NCBI GenBank assembly: GCA_025786725.1
Contig: JAHLTZ010000021.1
Span: 410,528 to 474,527 of the forward strand
DNA length: 64,000 nt
Direction: 5' to 3'
DNA from: Syncephalis fuscata S228
Taxonomy: Eukaryota; Fungi; Zoopagomycota
The translations under genes were made by a program, and so were the position numbers. Of the stretch, positions 13,931 to 28,384 are shown in pieces (positions within the stretch are counted from its first letter, which is position 1; each line of letters opens with the position of its first letter). The notes beneath the pieces were generated by a model, which was not told where the DNA came from, did no database searches, and was given only the letters and a program-made list of their open reading frames with translations.

Positions 13931-14202
13931 AGTGAGCTATTAAATGGTACAAGTTTACCGTACTTGAAAGGCGAGACGAACGAAAGAAAGGCGACAAACG
14001 CCAACGTCGACACTTGTGTATCTACTCGTCTATATATCCAATTACACTCTCTTTGAGAATGTGGGGCAATAATGCCATGGTGACAAATACGATCATTCGT
14101 GTAACCAACAGATTGGTATTTACAGCAATTTTATTATTAAAAGTTTACTCAATTTCAATTAATTAATTAACTAATATGTTAGCTTATTGCTTAAGTAGCT
14201 AA

Positions 14203-17200
14203 TTAGAATTGAGGTGCTGGCGTGGGAATACGTTCACTAATATCAATCGATGATATATCTTGTACATCTATGGGTGGCCATGTGTCTGTAGACTTGCTTA
14301 ATGGTGGCTGTGGAAATAGTACTGAATTAAGTGCAGATAGCGGTTCAGTCGGCATTGTATCCAAGGATAGCATGCGTTCGAGCCATTGTTCATAGTTGGC
14401 CAGTTGATCAGGATGCTCAAGTAAAAGTGCGTCATCTTCTTCAAGCCATAATTCCTCATCGAATGCGGCAATTAGTGCATCGATATCTGCTAGATCCACA
14501 GCTGTATCGGCGGATTTTGTTTTTGTTTTAATAGATGAAATAAATGTGTGTTCATTGTAGAAACTGGACAGTGTACGTAGTGCATGTTCTTGATTCTAAT
14601 GGTTTAATAAAATTATTATCATGTTATTATATTAGTGCCATCTAGCAATTAACCACTTACTACTGCTTCTTCGTTCTCCAGCTCTTGTTCACCACCGATT
14701 AGCCAGTCATCGCGCAAATCTTGTCGGCAATGCAAATAAATACCAGTAATAACTCGCATATTGGCTATTCGGTTTAGTTAAGTGACGTATAATACTAAAT
14801 CGGTACTGATACTTACCCACGGTACATCGCCACTTTCTACCGGCATACGGTACAAATGTCTTGCATACCTTGTAAGCATAGTGCTGGATAAGTGAGTGCT
14901 GTACTTTAAGTACACGCTTTAATACAGCTGGAGCTTTATACTGTAGCATCAGTAATATACGATGGGCACGTCGTTTGGCCAATGACTGTAGAATACGTAG
15001 GAAATTCATTACCGTGAAACAATTGCGCCAACAAGCACGGCACTGACTTGCTTCAGTAGGCAACGGTGGTTCCACTGAAACAGTTGGCTTAATCTTGACC
15101 CGTCGTGTACAATGGCTCATAAAACTACCAATAAATAAATATAACTGCATTTATATAATAACAATTGATTACTTACCAGTACGAGTCAATTTCATTTTGA
15201 GCCCTGCACAATGCAACGGCGTCTTGTTGTCCAAGTAGTTTTAGAGATAATGGTAAGAAATTATGCTCCACTAATAGCTGACTAATATGCTCGTGCTGTA
15301 AAGCATCTATAAATTACATATGATGTAAGCGCTATTTCATATTTTATCTAATATATCAATAAAGGATACGTGATGCTTTGAACAGTTTAAGCATAAGAAG
15401 TAAAATAGCTGACACGGCTTTCCACATAATTTCTTTGTGTCGAGCAGCATCCAATTCTTCCGTATTAACTATATTTTACAATTAATACAGCTGTAATTAT
15501 ATAATCTATACTATTTACCTTGTCGTATTGACTCATTGTCAACGCTATTCTGCTTACTAGAAGCATTTTTACCATTAGGTAGAGTGGCAATCATTACTTT
15601 GGAAAAAAACATAATTGCTGGCTCGAATCGAGTCAATGCTAATCTCTATTCAATGGATTAATAACAGCTACAACTATACACTTATTACCTACATAAAACG
15701 TAGAAATACGGCGTTCACGTTCGGCCAAATGATCAGGCAGTGATTTCGATACATCTTCCAAGTTTAAATGAGAATTACTCGCTGATAAAGGTACAACGGC
15801 CGGTAAATTGCGTTCTACGCGATCCATAGCCGCAGCAGTCTCGGCTATTTGTAAGGCCGACAATGGCACATATAAGCATGACTTGTATACCTTTTCTGCC
15901 TCAGACAGTGCTTCCGGTAATATTGATTGTCGTAAAGTCGTTGGATCGCCGTCGTTATCCAATCCTTCCGATGTATAAGGCATAATAAGTGGCATATTAG
16001 GCTCATGGGCCGATGAAGATGGCATAGGGAATCTTTCTGATCGATCCCGTATGGGTTTCAATAGCGATGAGGCTGGACCAGTAGATGAGGCTGTCATAGC
16101 CAGTGCATATCTTGTTCTATCAGACATTGTCTCATCTTGCGCAAGTACCGGGTATTTAAGCGATAATTCCTCGTAAAAGTATTGAAGATCATAAGGATAC
16201 GCTTTGGGCTTATCTATTTGTTATAATGTTTATTTATTAGTCATCTATTATCAATATTACCAACACTACTTACATGGATCAGTAACTATTGGTAAATCAT
16301 AAAGTTGACGTTTTGCATCTCTTATTTCATGGGCAATCTCCCAATCACCTAATGTGACAAGTATTACTTTCCATAAAGTTAACAGTAACTAAACAGTATC
16401 AACTGCCTATTAATAATTTTATTGATATTATTACAACACTATAACATACCTTTTTAACTGGAAATCCTTTAACACTTCTTTCCATTAAACGAGCTACTGT
16501 ATCAACTAGAACAGCGGCTAATTCAGGTCCATTTTTGGCTAATATATATATATATCAATTAATATCATATATATCATATACATAGTTATGATTACTCACC
16601 CATAGCATCATAGATCAGTGTAGTTGAATGGGTACGTAATGATTCCACGAGCATATAAATCAATGTAAGATATAACTCAATTTCAATACAAATACGTTCT
16701 GCGCCAATAACAACCGTTGCTGTTGCCGTTGGCATTTCTCTAATTTAATATAATAAGCCATCTATACTATTAATATCAATATTCTACTCTTACCGCGCAT
16801 CTTGCAACATTTGCCGAGCATATTCAAATGCATCAATATAGATTTGTAATGCATCTCGACTAAGTAACAAACGATTGTTCTCGACTAATGCCGTCAATTG
16901 CTGGTCACTAGATCGACATTCATGCCAGGCACCCTGTGCAATATAGACAAGTTTACGGGCCGAATTCATACGTACACCTGGTGTAGAATCAGACAAAGCG
17001 GCCAACATAGTGTCTATGGTTTTGATACGCTCTTCATCAGATAATTCATTCCACTTTGCCGCTATAATAAATAGTCCGTATTAATATTAATCAATTAAAC
17101 ATATGTATTGTATTGTATTGTATTACTATCCATCTTACCTTTACGGCTCTTGGTAGATCGATTTTTACATCGCATCTCGTCTTCTTGATCCTCTGATTCT

Positions 17201-17612
17201 TCATCGCCACTTTCTCCACTACGCTCTTTATCTTTATAATCACGGGCAAATAGTTGATAATTCTCATGCCATTGACGGCTTTCAGCATAGCTGTAAAACT
17301 CGTTTAGTTCTTGGACTGTCGTATCGGCACCAGTATATGTAAAATTCAGATTAGGTGGCTAGCATTAGTATATTCATAGTATAATAGTAAATATTAGCTT
17401 CTACGTAATAACCGTACTACACTACTTATTACCTTTGGTTTGCCAGGCATTTGTCGGATGAGCTGTTGAAGTAGCTCTAGTCCAATAGGTCCACCTGCAC
17501 TAGAAGATGACGGTGGTGGTGACGACGACGACGACGAAGAGGGCAAAGAAGACGACGGCGATGACGACGCCGATGACTCTAGAGATTCCTCGCCTGAACT
17601 TTCCATCGGCAT
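14203..17612 (-). CDS. FAR11: STRIPAK component FAR11/STRIP (N1221 domain), multi-exon
   Basis: ELNEFYSYAE, RKLVYIAQG, FPVKKLLLTLWKVIL, RHKEIMWKAVSAILLLMLKLFKASH, CWRNCFTVMNFLRILQ, DDWL. Confidence 0.9.
15307..15369 (-). other. U12-type (GT-AG) intron candidate in FAR11
   Basis: 5' splice site GTATCCTTT. Removal joins C|AT to give KLFKASHALQHE. Confidence 0.75.
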
Positions 17613-17770
17613 AGTGCAATAGCAGAATAATAAAGTATTGGCGCTTGTTGTAGCGTGGTACAGAGAGTAGAAAAGATATATTTAATGAAAAGAAAGACCG
17701 TTTTTCTTTAAATTAGACTTTTTTGTAAACCAGTTCAGTTTATTATTAGCTTTGTACAGATTTGTTTCTA

Positions 17771-20181
17771 ATGAATGTTGATGTCACCACCACAACAATA
17801 TCCTCTAATGCAAGCATGGCAACAGAATCTATAGTTCAGGTAATTGAATCTATAGCAGAACGCGAGTCTATTAGAATTTCAGACGATGAGGATTGGACAC
17901 AGCCTGAGACCGATGAAGAAACGATTAGTGAATCTGTAATCTCGGACAGTACTGCGTTCATAAATACTACGACAAACAATGTATCTGACGAGGAAGCAGA
18001 GGCATTCCAGCGTTTAGATACGAATCCGGTAGAGTTGGTGAATCTACCGCGTAAACGACCTCGGTTAGAGGAAAGTGAGAATGACGACGAGACTATGCAA
18101 TGCAGCATTTGCTTTGACTCGTGGACACAATTGGGATCACATCGCGTTGTATCGCTAATTTGTGGTCATTTATTTGGTGACAGGTAAATAATAGAATAGT
18201 TGGTATTAATTAACTAATTAGTTAATTAATGACCATAATCATAGTTGTATTCGAAAGTGGCTATCGGATAAAGATCGATCAAAAGCCGCGCGTGGTAAAT
18301 GTCCCCAGTGCAAGTAAGTAATTATCAGTTCGATATATGATATATATATTTATGTATATTAGTATATCAATTTATTAATTACAATGTATTTGTTTAGTCG
18401 ACGAAATAAACGATCTGACATTCGACCCATTTGGATGCAGCGTGCTATAGCAATTGATAATGCTGAAGTGATTGAGGCGCAGAGAGAAGCAGCTGAAGAG
18501 CGAGAACTGCGCTTATACATTGAAACAGAACGAGCCCGATTACAATCAGCCTATAAAATGGCAATGGTTAGTTGAATAGTATATTGGTAATGTTGTAAAC
18601 ATTCTAAGTTTGCTATAGAGTGATTTAGAAAAAGCACAAAAAGAAATTAACGAATTGAAAGCAAAAGTGGCAACGTAAGTAAGAATAGTAGTAGTAGTAA
18701 TAATAATAATATAAATTATAATAATATATATGTATAGATTAAATGAAGGAGTATATTCAACAACTATAAGTTCATTACGAACAGATTCATTAAGACACGA
18801 TGGACTATCAAGGGAGCCATCAATTGACTCAAGTATTCGTGTACAATGTACCCATGAGCATTCTATTCCGTTATGTGAGGTATACATATATATAATAGGT
18901 GTATTGCAAGCTAAATATTATTCAGGCGGGATCATTACGGGCTCTTGCAATGCAATCCAGTTCTAATATGGCATATGTAGGATGTCAAATGGATACGACA
19001 CTTACTACTGAACAAATAAGTGCCAATTTTGGTATTGTACGTCTTCAATTGGATACAATGGCTCGAGATCAACTGGCCTGTCATAAACAGCCTATTCGTG
19101 ATCTAGCTACACATCCTATTGATAATCTAATAATGAGTATTAGTATGGATCGTACTATGAAACTATCTTCGTTTGATACGAATACTACATCAGTACAGAC
19201 GTAAGAAAAAGCATACTGGTATATATGTATGCATATATATAGTATCTAATGATAATATATTACTATTTAGATTTGATTTGGGTTTACCAGGCTGGTCATG
19301 TGGATGGCATCCATCTAATCCTATTTATGTGGCAGCTGGTCTTGCCAATGGTACCATTTTATTATTTGATCGTCGACGGGTTCAATCGCCAATAGAGCGA
19401 TTAAATGGCAAAGACTGGTTAGGTACAAAGCCAGTACATTCGCTTGCATTTCTTGAACCAACAACATCGGGTCTACAATTGGTGGCGGCTAGTTTTGATA
19501 AAGCACTTAGCTGGTCATGGGAGGCTCTACAATCTAAAACAGTTACGGAAGGGTCGCAACAATATGTATTTTATAACGCACCGCCAGGTTAGCGACTCAT
19601 ATAATGATACAGGTGATGTTAGTATTAACACTAATGGCTATATAGGTGCTTCATGCTACGATATGAGCTTATTTTGTTCAGAAACTGATGACATGCGTGG
19701 TTTATTTTCTCACCGAATTAGTCAGCCCGCCTCGTCGCTCTTCAGTATAGGTGCCATTACTGCCACAACTGCAGATACATCAACCAACAGTGAAATAACT
19801 AGGGATTTTAATTTAAAGTTTAATGAAGAGCAAAATTATACGCTTCCTTGTTTGCAGAAAACACTAACACGCAATACAATTGTATCTTTATCCGATACAA
19901 CGCAAGGGAATAGTAAAAATGTACTTATTGCATGTATGGGTAGGGATAATGATCATTCAGTAAGTTAATTATTGTATTTGTTGCGTAGTAATAACTGTAA
20001 ATCACAGATAAGATTTTTAGATCTATCCAATCGGAAATTGTTATCTCAAGCAACGCTGACATCATTAAATGGTTCATCAATTCTATCGATTCGACATCAG
20101 CACTATCAAGGACAGGATCGACTGGCAGTAATGACAAATACCCATTTGCATACATATCAAATGAATTTATCTTCCTTCTAA
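17771..20181 (+). CDS. RFWD3: RING + coiled-coil + WD40 E3 ligase, RFWD3-like
   Basis: CSICFDSW...HRVVSLICGHLFGDSCIRKW..KCPQC, then a coiled coil, then WD repeats (HKQPIRDL, GWSCGW..YVAAGLANG). Confidence 0.8.
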
Positions 20182-20552
20182 TGTAGTATAATGTAAATTG
20201 TTATCAAAGTGTTATGTTGTATTATTATTATTATTGCCATAATTGAGTATAGCGTGATCAAACAAGTTTTTTTGTCACTGACAAATTTGAATGAACCATG
20301 GTAATAAGTTGAAATTACAACTAAATCTAATACATTTCTATTAATTTAATTTAGTAATTTGTCAAAGCTACCAATGTTTGCAAGTAGAAAAAGCTGTTTT
20401 TATCTAATAAAATAAATTACCATTTCCCTATATGGTAATACCAATCAAGTGATTAAATGACGTATTATGGTGCATCTTTCCACGTATCCCACCATTGTAT
20501 CTTTTTTTATCGTTGTCTACGTCTCGTCTACCGACATTTGTTGTATTTCACA

Positions 20553-22710
20553 ATGAGTCAGGCAGTCGACCAAGTACCTTTGCTGCAAGAACGGGCTGTT
20601 CATAGTGAACAAGACATAACAACTGATATTTTCTCGCAACATACGCTTGAACTTATTCGGGCCGTGTGTCAAATTATACCAGAAAGCGAGGAGGCTACTG
20701 TTTCTGCCGCTGCTATCTCTGACCTTGCAAACAAAGCACTGCAAATTATATCATTGCGCAGTCACAGAAATAACCAAGAAAATGGCGGCGCTGTAAGCGA
20801 CACAGCTCATTCGCTTTTACGTGCGGCAGCTCGTTGCGCTACTCGGGCACGCGAAGACACGTTTCGTCGATCGATTTGGCAGGTACGCCAGCATGTTTGC
20901 GTGAAAGCCGCGCTTGAATCGCTATTTCGACTGGCAAATCAGCGCAGCGAACTTGACTATAACTCAATGGCTCAAATAAGCGGTATTGACGACGACATTA
21001 CCGATAGAATGCTAATTTATGCCAACGGCCTACTTGTGCCACATTTATCAAATGGTTATTCAGGTAGGCTAAATATAGTATAAAGTTGGATTTATTGTTC
21101 ACTAGTTAAATAGTGTTGGATTTTGCGCTAAGCACTGGATTGGATGAAGTTTTACAAAACCAGCACGTACAATGTTGCATTGAGGTAGCTATATAGCAAT
21201 GGCTAGTAAAATAACCAATTTATACAACATTGGTACTATTAGGCACTTTGGCACGGAGATATTGTCCCAATTTGGCCTTTATTCAGTAATCAGAGTAGAG
21301 AAAAGCCAGCTTTTTTTCTTGAACGTGCCAATGAAGAGCCCAAATCTCGGGTATACAGCACTAATCAAATAGTTTCTGCGGGACAGCGTGCTATTGGCTT
21401 TTTTGAAGGCTTACTTCGCCCAGAACGGGCACTTGCTCCAATGTAAGAGTTATAGAAATAACAGCCATCCAATCATTGACACATTTATTAGATATTTCGG
21501 TATGTTATCAGCATTAGGATATGTCGGTTACGCTTGTTTGTATATATATCTTTTATTTGCTACCGACTATCGTTGGGGCAATTGGTCACTGGTGGAGCTT
21601 GTCATTTATGGATGGTCGTTTTTGTATACAATCGAGATGGCAGGCAAGGTAGAATTGATATAGCTTTATTAAATAGCTAGGCATTGATATATAGCCATAC
21701 AATAGATACGACGCCAGCGACTACGCTACTTTCACCGTGTTAAGCATTGGTGCGAATTGATGACCCACGGCATGCTAATGCTATCTATGGTATTACGCTG
21801 GTGGGCCATGCACACGTCGAGTCGGGAACGTAGTTATTACTATGCTCAATGGGCTTCTTTATCATTTTCTGCTGTAGCACTACCGCTATCACTTCGTACA
21901 CTTGCCGCATTCGACTGGTCTGCCACAGGGTCTGGCGGGTTAGCCCGTGTTTTCCGTATGATTGACCGTGTGGCCCATGAAATAGCTTGGACCGTATTTA
22001 CCACGGCTATTGTTCTTGTTGGCTTGGCTATAAGCATAACTGGTATGAACGGTGACACATCTCTTTACACGACACTAGCACACGTTATTCAAGGCGCACT
22101 TTTGTAAGTATGGATATGATTAATTTTTTATAACATTATACTAATCAGTAATCAATGTAGCGATAGTTTTCAATTTCTTGAAATTGATGCACTCGATCCA
22201 GTCCTTGCTCCTTGGTTCTATCGTGCGGTGCTCATTCTAGTCTGGCTTATTCTTGGTAACCTTATTATAGCCATCAATGTGTCCGTCTACCAAATACACG
22301 CCCAACCGAGTATGCAGACCATTCCCCGTATGGAACGACTAGCTGCAGGCACTCTACGATCTCTTTGTGCACCAGCCCGGCATGCCTTCCCTGTTCCGTG
22401 GCTACTCATTGTCATTGTATTTGTTTGGCCAGTTGAAAATGCCATAAGATTATTTTATCGCATTCGTTATCGCACCGGTGCAATTGCTCTTCCCGAGACT
22501 AGCAGCAACGATAATGATGACAACGCCAATGCTACATCTGTCGTCATAGAGAATAATACAATTGCACGACGCAAGCATAATTCGTCCAATTGGCGTCTTG
22601 CCATATGGTGGATGACACTTGGTTGGCTTACTCTATTGATCGACATGCTAGTGCGTGCAGCCGAATGGCTTCATCGCGATATCTTACTGCCACCTAAGCC
22701 ACGGTGGTAA
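20553..22710 (+). CDS. Multi-pass membrane protein, divergent TRP/Yvc1-like cation channel (tentative)
   Basis: LDFAL..VLQNQHVQCCIEALWHGDI pre-S1-like segment, about 6 TM helices, S6-like WLILGNLIIAINVSVY, then FPVPWLLI. Confidence 0.5.
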
Positions 22711-24061
22711 CCGTATCGGCAATGGCTATCACACAGTAATAATAATAAACTGGTCTAATTAGCTTATTAATCTTTATTTACATTTTTCCTATAATTAAAT
22801 AACATTTTATTGTGATGTATATAGAACATAACACTTTGCTTTAATATTACATAATTTAATAAAATGCAATACTATTTACTTAAAAATTCAAAGAAATGGC
22901 GCGTGCTTAAACTGTAGACCGGTAGTTATAGCCAAAAATACCCAGTCAATTAACAGTCACGAACACAGGCACTGACTACAGTATCAACTCAGAAAAAGCT
23001 TCTTAATAATAAAGATGTCAGTGCAATACCGCTTAGTCACAATTGGCTACAGATCAAGAAAAAGTATTAATGCGTGAAATTTCCAAGTAGTGGAAGAAAG
23101 TAATAAAGGCAAATTGACGGAGAGGTAATAACATATATAACCAAAACAGTCATCGTACTGGCTGCTATGCATGTACAGTAATAACAATACTAACAGCGTA
23201 TTCTATACTGCTACGTTGTATGTGCACAACAGCCTACACGACAAATTTAGTGGCCATACACTGCCAAAACCATCATAGATTTTGGTTTGCAATGACGATC
23301 TATACTAAACAAAGCATACAATGGATTTTTCATAGCATATACTCAACATAGCATAAAAACAGCCTAGAAATGCACTTGCCGTGTCAAAGAAAGTGCCAAT
23401 ACCAATGATCGGAGTAATGAAGGTCAGATTACAAAAGAGCAATGCAAGTACATAGTGTAAATAGTATTTGTACTTGATTAGTAATTAAATAACCACTAAC
23501 ACTATCTATATAGTATATATGGAGTGTACATGTAATGGATATATGCTGTCAAGTGTGAAGAAAGAGAAAGGGAAATGTGATGACGTAGATTGTGAGCTGT
23601 GAGCCTGTCAGTCAATATTTATAAACAGTCGAGTTTAATTGATTAATAAATGGAGTGTAAATAATAAAAGTCAATCTACCCAACATGTCGGTACATCATA
23701 GAACAGATTAATAGTAAATGAATAAATGCATTGAGAATAAAAGTCATTTAGCACAAGTAGACAATATTATAAAACATATATTTAGTATAATAGCGAGTGT
23801 AATAAAAGATTAATTAAACATAATAAAGTCATTTACACCTAAAAAAACACTCATTATCATAGAATATAATTTCAGTATGATAGTGAATGTATTAAAAGAA
23901 TAAATGGCAAGCAATAAAGACAAGCACAGTCATAGAATATACCAACTATTATTGCATCATAGAATATACAAGATGGCTTACAAACAAAATAAATTATTTT
24001 ATAAACAACCACATGTTATACCAATAAAATAGTATCTTTATTCACTATTTCAAATCAACTA

Positions 24062-26652
24062 TTAAGCAGCAGTTGCCACTTTGCCCTTCTTGGCCGTCTT
24101 CTTCTTAGAGGAAGCCGGCTGCTTTGACTTAGTTGTTGTTTCAGCCTTTTCAGCTGTTGTCTCCTCTTTCGCTGCTTTGACAGTATTATCTTTAGTGTCA
24201 GCATCCGGAGTATTTAGCAATTGGCCACTTAATACTTCGTTAAGTACTTTTTCCGCTTCTGCCAACTCGGCTTCTAGTTTGGCCTCGGCAGCCTTCAAAT
24301 CGAATTCTTCGCCTGCTTCTTCAGCTTCCTTTCGTCGCTTCTCCAAATCTTTAAAGCTTTCAGCGCGTTGTTCCTTCATCGCGCTCTCCATTGCCTCCTG
24401 TATAATACTGTCCATATTAAATTTCTCGCCACCCATTAAGCCAGCTAGTTCATCGCCAAGCTCGTCTTTAGCATCTCCGGAGCCGGCTTTAGCTTTATCA
24501 GCAATATCAGCAAGTGATTCAAGCTGCTTCTTTAAATCTTTTAACTGATCAAGGTCAGGTAAAGCTGGCGTATCCTCTTGCTGCTTCTCCTCTTGCTGCT
24601 TCTTCTTTGGCTGCTTTTTATTGGCAGCAGGAGCCTTCTTGGTCTTTACCTCCTCATCCTTAGTTGGCGATTTCACCTTAGTATTTTGCTTCTTTGCAGC
24701 TTCTTTCTTTTTATCAGATTTTACTGGTGAATCTTTAGCTTTCTTGGCCTTTTTAGCGGCATTCTCCTTCTTCTTTTCCTCGTTCTTACGCTCAGCCTCT
24801 AGCTTGGCTTGACGTTCGGCTTCTTCCTTCTCTTCTTTGGCCTTTAGCTCTTCGGCCTCTTTCTTCTTGCGCGCTTCCTCCTTGCGCTTGCGCTCGGCAG
24901 CTTCTTTAGCTTTGCGCTCAGCTTCTTCCTTCTTTTTACGTTCAGCTTCTTTAGCTTTGCGTTCAGCTTCTTCCTTGGCTTTGCGTTCAGCTTCTTCCTT
25001 GGCTTTGCGTTCAGCTTCTTCTTTAGCTTTACGCTCTGCCTCTTCGCGTGCACGTTGTTTACGCAGCGCCTCTTCAACACGAGCACGAGCTTCAGCTTCT
25101 TCGCGTTCACGACGTAGCGCAAATTCGGCATCAATTTCTGCTTGTGTTGGTACAAAGCCAGCGTAGGCAATGGCATCGTAGCTTCGATCACGAACTAGCT
25201 GAACGTATGGGCCAAGTGACTCGGCAGCATGTTCATTATACAAATCTACTGTTTTTTGGCCAAGATTTTGCACATGTGGGTGCAAATGATGAACATAAAT
25301 ATGTTTTGCGCCATGCCAGGCACGCTTAGTAGCAGGTAAAGCATAATCACGCACTGCTGGGCCAACATGCTTGGTAACTACAAATGTTGTGGCTTTATAG
25401 ACGTGTTTGCCATATGGGTACGCATATTTGGTATAGACATGCGAAACTGTAGGTGCTACATGCTGATTATAAGCATGGGTGGCATCTTTAGTTATGCGAT
25501 TGACGTGGTGTGCGACGTTCTTATTGTAATAAGCATGAGCACTGTCCATCCATGGACCAAGCTGTTCATAAACACGATCGTTCAACCACTCAGCTGATTG
25601 TTGAAGGTAAGGCGCTACATACGCATTATAATTAGGCCATACATGTGCATCTAATTGAGGCTGCACATGTTCAGTAAAGGCATGCGAGACAGTGGCAGCT
25701 GTAGGAACAACATAGTCATTATAGACAACCGTCGAATAGCTGCAGACGGTTTCGTAGACTGGTCCAAGTCGTTTATACCATGTCTGGCCGGCACGCTGTA
25801 ATTTTGGTTCAATGGTCGTTTTGTAGATTGGCACGACGGTTGGAGCAACTTCTGTTTCCCATAGTTCAATTACGTGCGGCTCTACCGACTCTTTGTAGAC
25901 TTGAGTGGCATGGGTGATAGCCGGTCTAATATGTTCATTGTGGACACGTTCAATTTTTGGTCCAAGACGACTTTGATACCAAGCCTGGAATACATCAAAC
26001 TTTGGAATACGGCCAACAACTGAGCAAACCGGTGGTAGATCTGGATCATCGGCATGTGCAGCCAATTGATCAACAGGTGGACAGACAGAAGCACCGTAGA
26101 ATGAAAGTATAATAAAGGCAAGGAACAAACGACGGAAGGTAAAGAGACGGAATCCACAGCAGCAGCCTTTACGCTTGGCCGATACCGGTATCGGCTTGGA
26201 CTTACTGGCCGTTGACTTTTTTTTTGATCCCATTTGTGGCGAGGATTCGCTGCTAATGTCTTCGTAGGGAGACTTGGCAATATCTAAGATATTTAGTTTA
26301 TCTATAATAAAGTAATAATACATCTAGTTAGCTTACTAATTGTTTATTATTATTGGTAATAAAGAATAAGAAATATAGTGTATTTAATGCACATAATCAA
26401 CTATTGTGTTAATAATGTAGTCTAGGACTTTAAAACTAGATGGTGCAATGTTATCAATTTATATAACATATTCCAAGTATTATTACAATAGTTGTACAGT
26501 AATACAATACAATATATTGTATTATATTGCAAAAATAAAATAAATGTAGCTATACATCAATACGCAAACCCACCCAATGCAGGAGAAGCCGGTGGAGAAG
26601 CTTTGTCTCCTTGCCTTTTTCCTCGTTTATTACGCTTTCGCGACTCGGTCAT
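24062..26652 (-). CDS. Membrane-anchored protein with amphipathic helical repeats and a charged KAKEEAER repeat region
   Basis: Short exon 1 (MTESRKRN.., ATG at 26652) plus a 753-aa ORF. One TM (LFLAFIILSFYGA), apolipoprotein-like Y/V/P helical repeats, ERKAKEEA tandem repeats. Confidence 0.7.
24880..25045 (-). repeat. Coding tandem repeat, about 24-nt unit (ERKAKEEA)
   Basis: Repeated gctttgcgttcagcttcttc units on the plus strand. Confidence 0.8.
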
Positions 26653-28384
26653 AGCGTAAAATCAACTTAAAATGCTTTGGTGATATACAGACCGGTGGTA
26701 TGGTTAAGAGAAACACTGTATTTTCAACTGTAGTTTATAAAGAAACAATAATAGAAATATACGAGGGTAAAAGTGAAAAAAGAGAAAGAAGTATAGTAAA
26801 GGCAAGGCGGGCCATATCGACGTATGAACAGTTATGTAGGAAAACGTTACACGTGTCTCAATGTCAGTGCATTAATTTAATTAAATGCCATTGGTCCAAA
26901 TTAAAACACGTGAAAACAAAGTTGGTAGTTTCTACTTTCGTAAGTTTTCAAACAGCGACATTTGCAGCAATACATTGCTACAGTTGCCTGATTTACATAA
27001 TTGCGTCAATTTGTTAATGTAGTTGTATTTGGAACAAGAGTCAATGTTATATGGACTTTAGTATTTTTATGATTAACGTCATCTTATTTAAACCAATATG
27101 TTGCTCTATTTTTCTTCGTCTTCTTCTGTTGCTTGGTCACTGCTTAAAATATCCTATTTCTGAAGTTGTAACAAAATATGTAATTATAGCTCGGTTGATA
27201 ATTTACAATAAATATTTATACGCATAATTAAAATTACTTAATAACTTTGTATTAAAGCGTTGAGCTAATTAATAATTTGCACAAATATACGTATAATTAC
27301 AACTGGTATTAAATTTATTTAAACTATATTAAACCAATTAACAAAATCAATTATTTGATTGTTTGCTCAAATATACGAATTACTAAATAATACCTCTATT
27401 TTTAGGGGAATTTGTGAAAATACACCGTTTAAATTTATTTAAAATTGATAAATATTTATTAATAAATTATTTTTTGCTTGCCCCACACTCCATTTTTTGT
27501 AATGATGCTCACCGCAAACTAAATACTCTTTAATAATACGTTTCTTTTCTTGATGGCTATTTCATTAGTAGTTTTTTTTGTTTTCAATAAAAGTGCTTGT
27601 TTTAATATTAACTACTGTTCCAATATTATTGGTGCTAACTTTTAAGAACATATTTTTGTATTGTATTTTTAGTTGCATTTGCTACAAGTATATTGTTGAA
27701 AGCCTTTTAACAAATAAAACATGGTTGGCATTGCTGTTACTATTACTACAATTGACTAAATTACGTAAATAAATATTTAAATTAAAATTGCTGCATTTAT
27801 TGTAGTTAACTTTTTTCCCACCAGGGATTTTTAGCTTTGTAACTTTTATTATTCAACATTATTATAAATACACAATACTATTAATATAATAATAATAAAG
27901 ATGTCTTTTTATAATCCAATCTATTTTAGTTTATATCAGGACCTATACAATTACAGCTTTTGTTATAAATATGCTAATTTGAGCTATTGTTATAGGTTAA
28001 AGTCATTTAATACCAATAATACTTTTATTAAATTGATATTAAAACATTTAATTAAATTACTTCTATTTCTTTTCTTAAAATTGCAACCGTTAACAAGATT
28101 AAACTCATCAAAAGCAATTCTCAGTTTTTTAATACTGGTAAACATAGCTTCTTTAAACAATTTGGTAGACATTGTGGCAAATTTTCTTACATTGGTGTAT
28201 TTTTATTTAATTATTTATTATAATAAATTTAAATGGTTTATTTTTTTACAAATTCTCCTTATTTTTACAAATGCAGTTTAACTAATTGATATTGTGTAGC
28301 AAATAGACATATTTTGTAAATTATTCAATTGTTTGCACACACATAAATATAATTGTAATTTAATTAATTTTGATTTTACAACTA

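Noticed and set aside
16192-16200. Another GTATCCTT on the minus strand in FAR11
   Set aside because: It lies in an open exon (PKAYPYDL) and no intron is needed.
22900-23460. Possible decayed membrane-protein gene on minus
   Set aside because: Only short hydrophobic stretches, with no coherent model or recognisable family.
24081-25597. Plus-strand ORFs opposite the K/E-rich gene
   Set aside because: Antisense shadows of a low-complexity coding strand.
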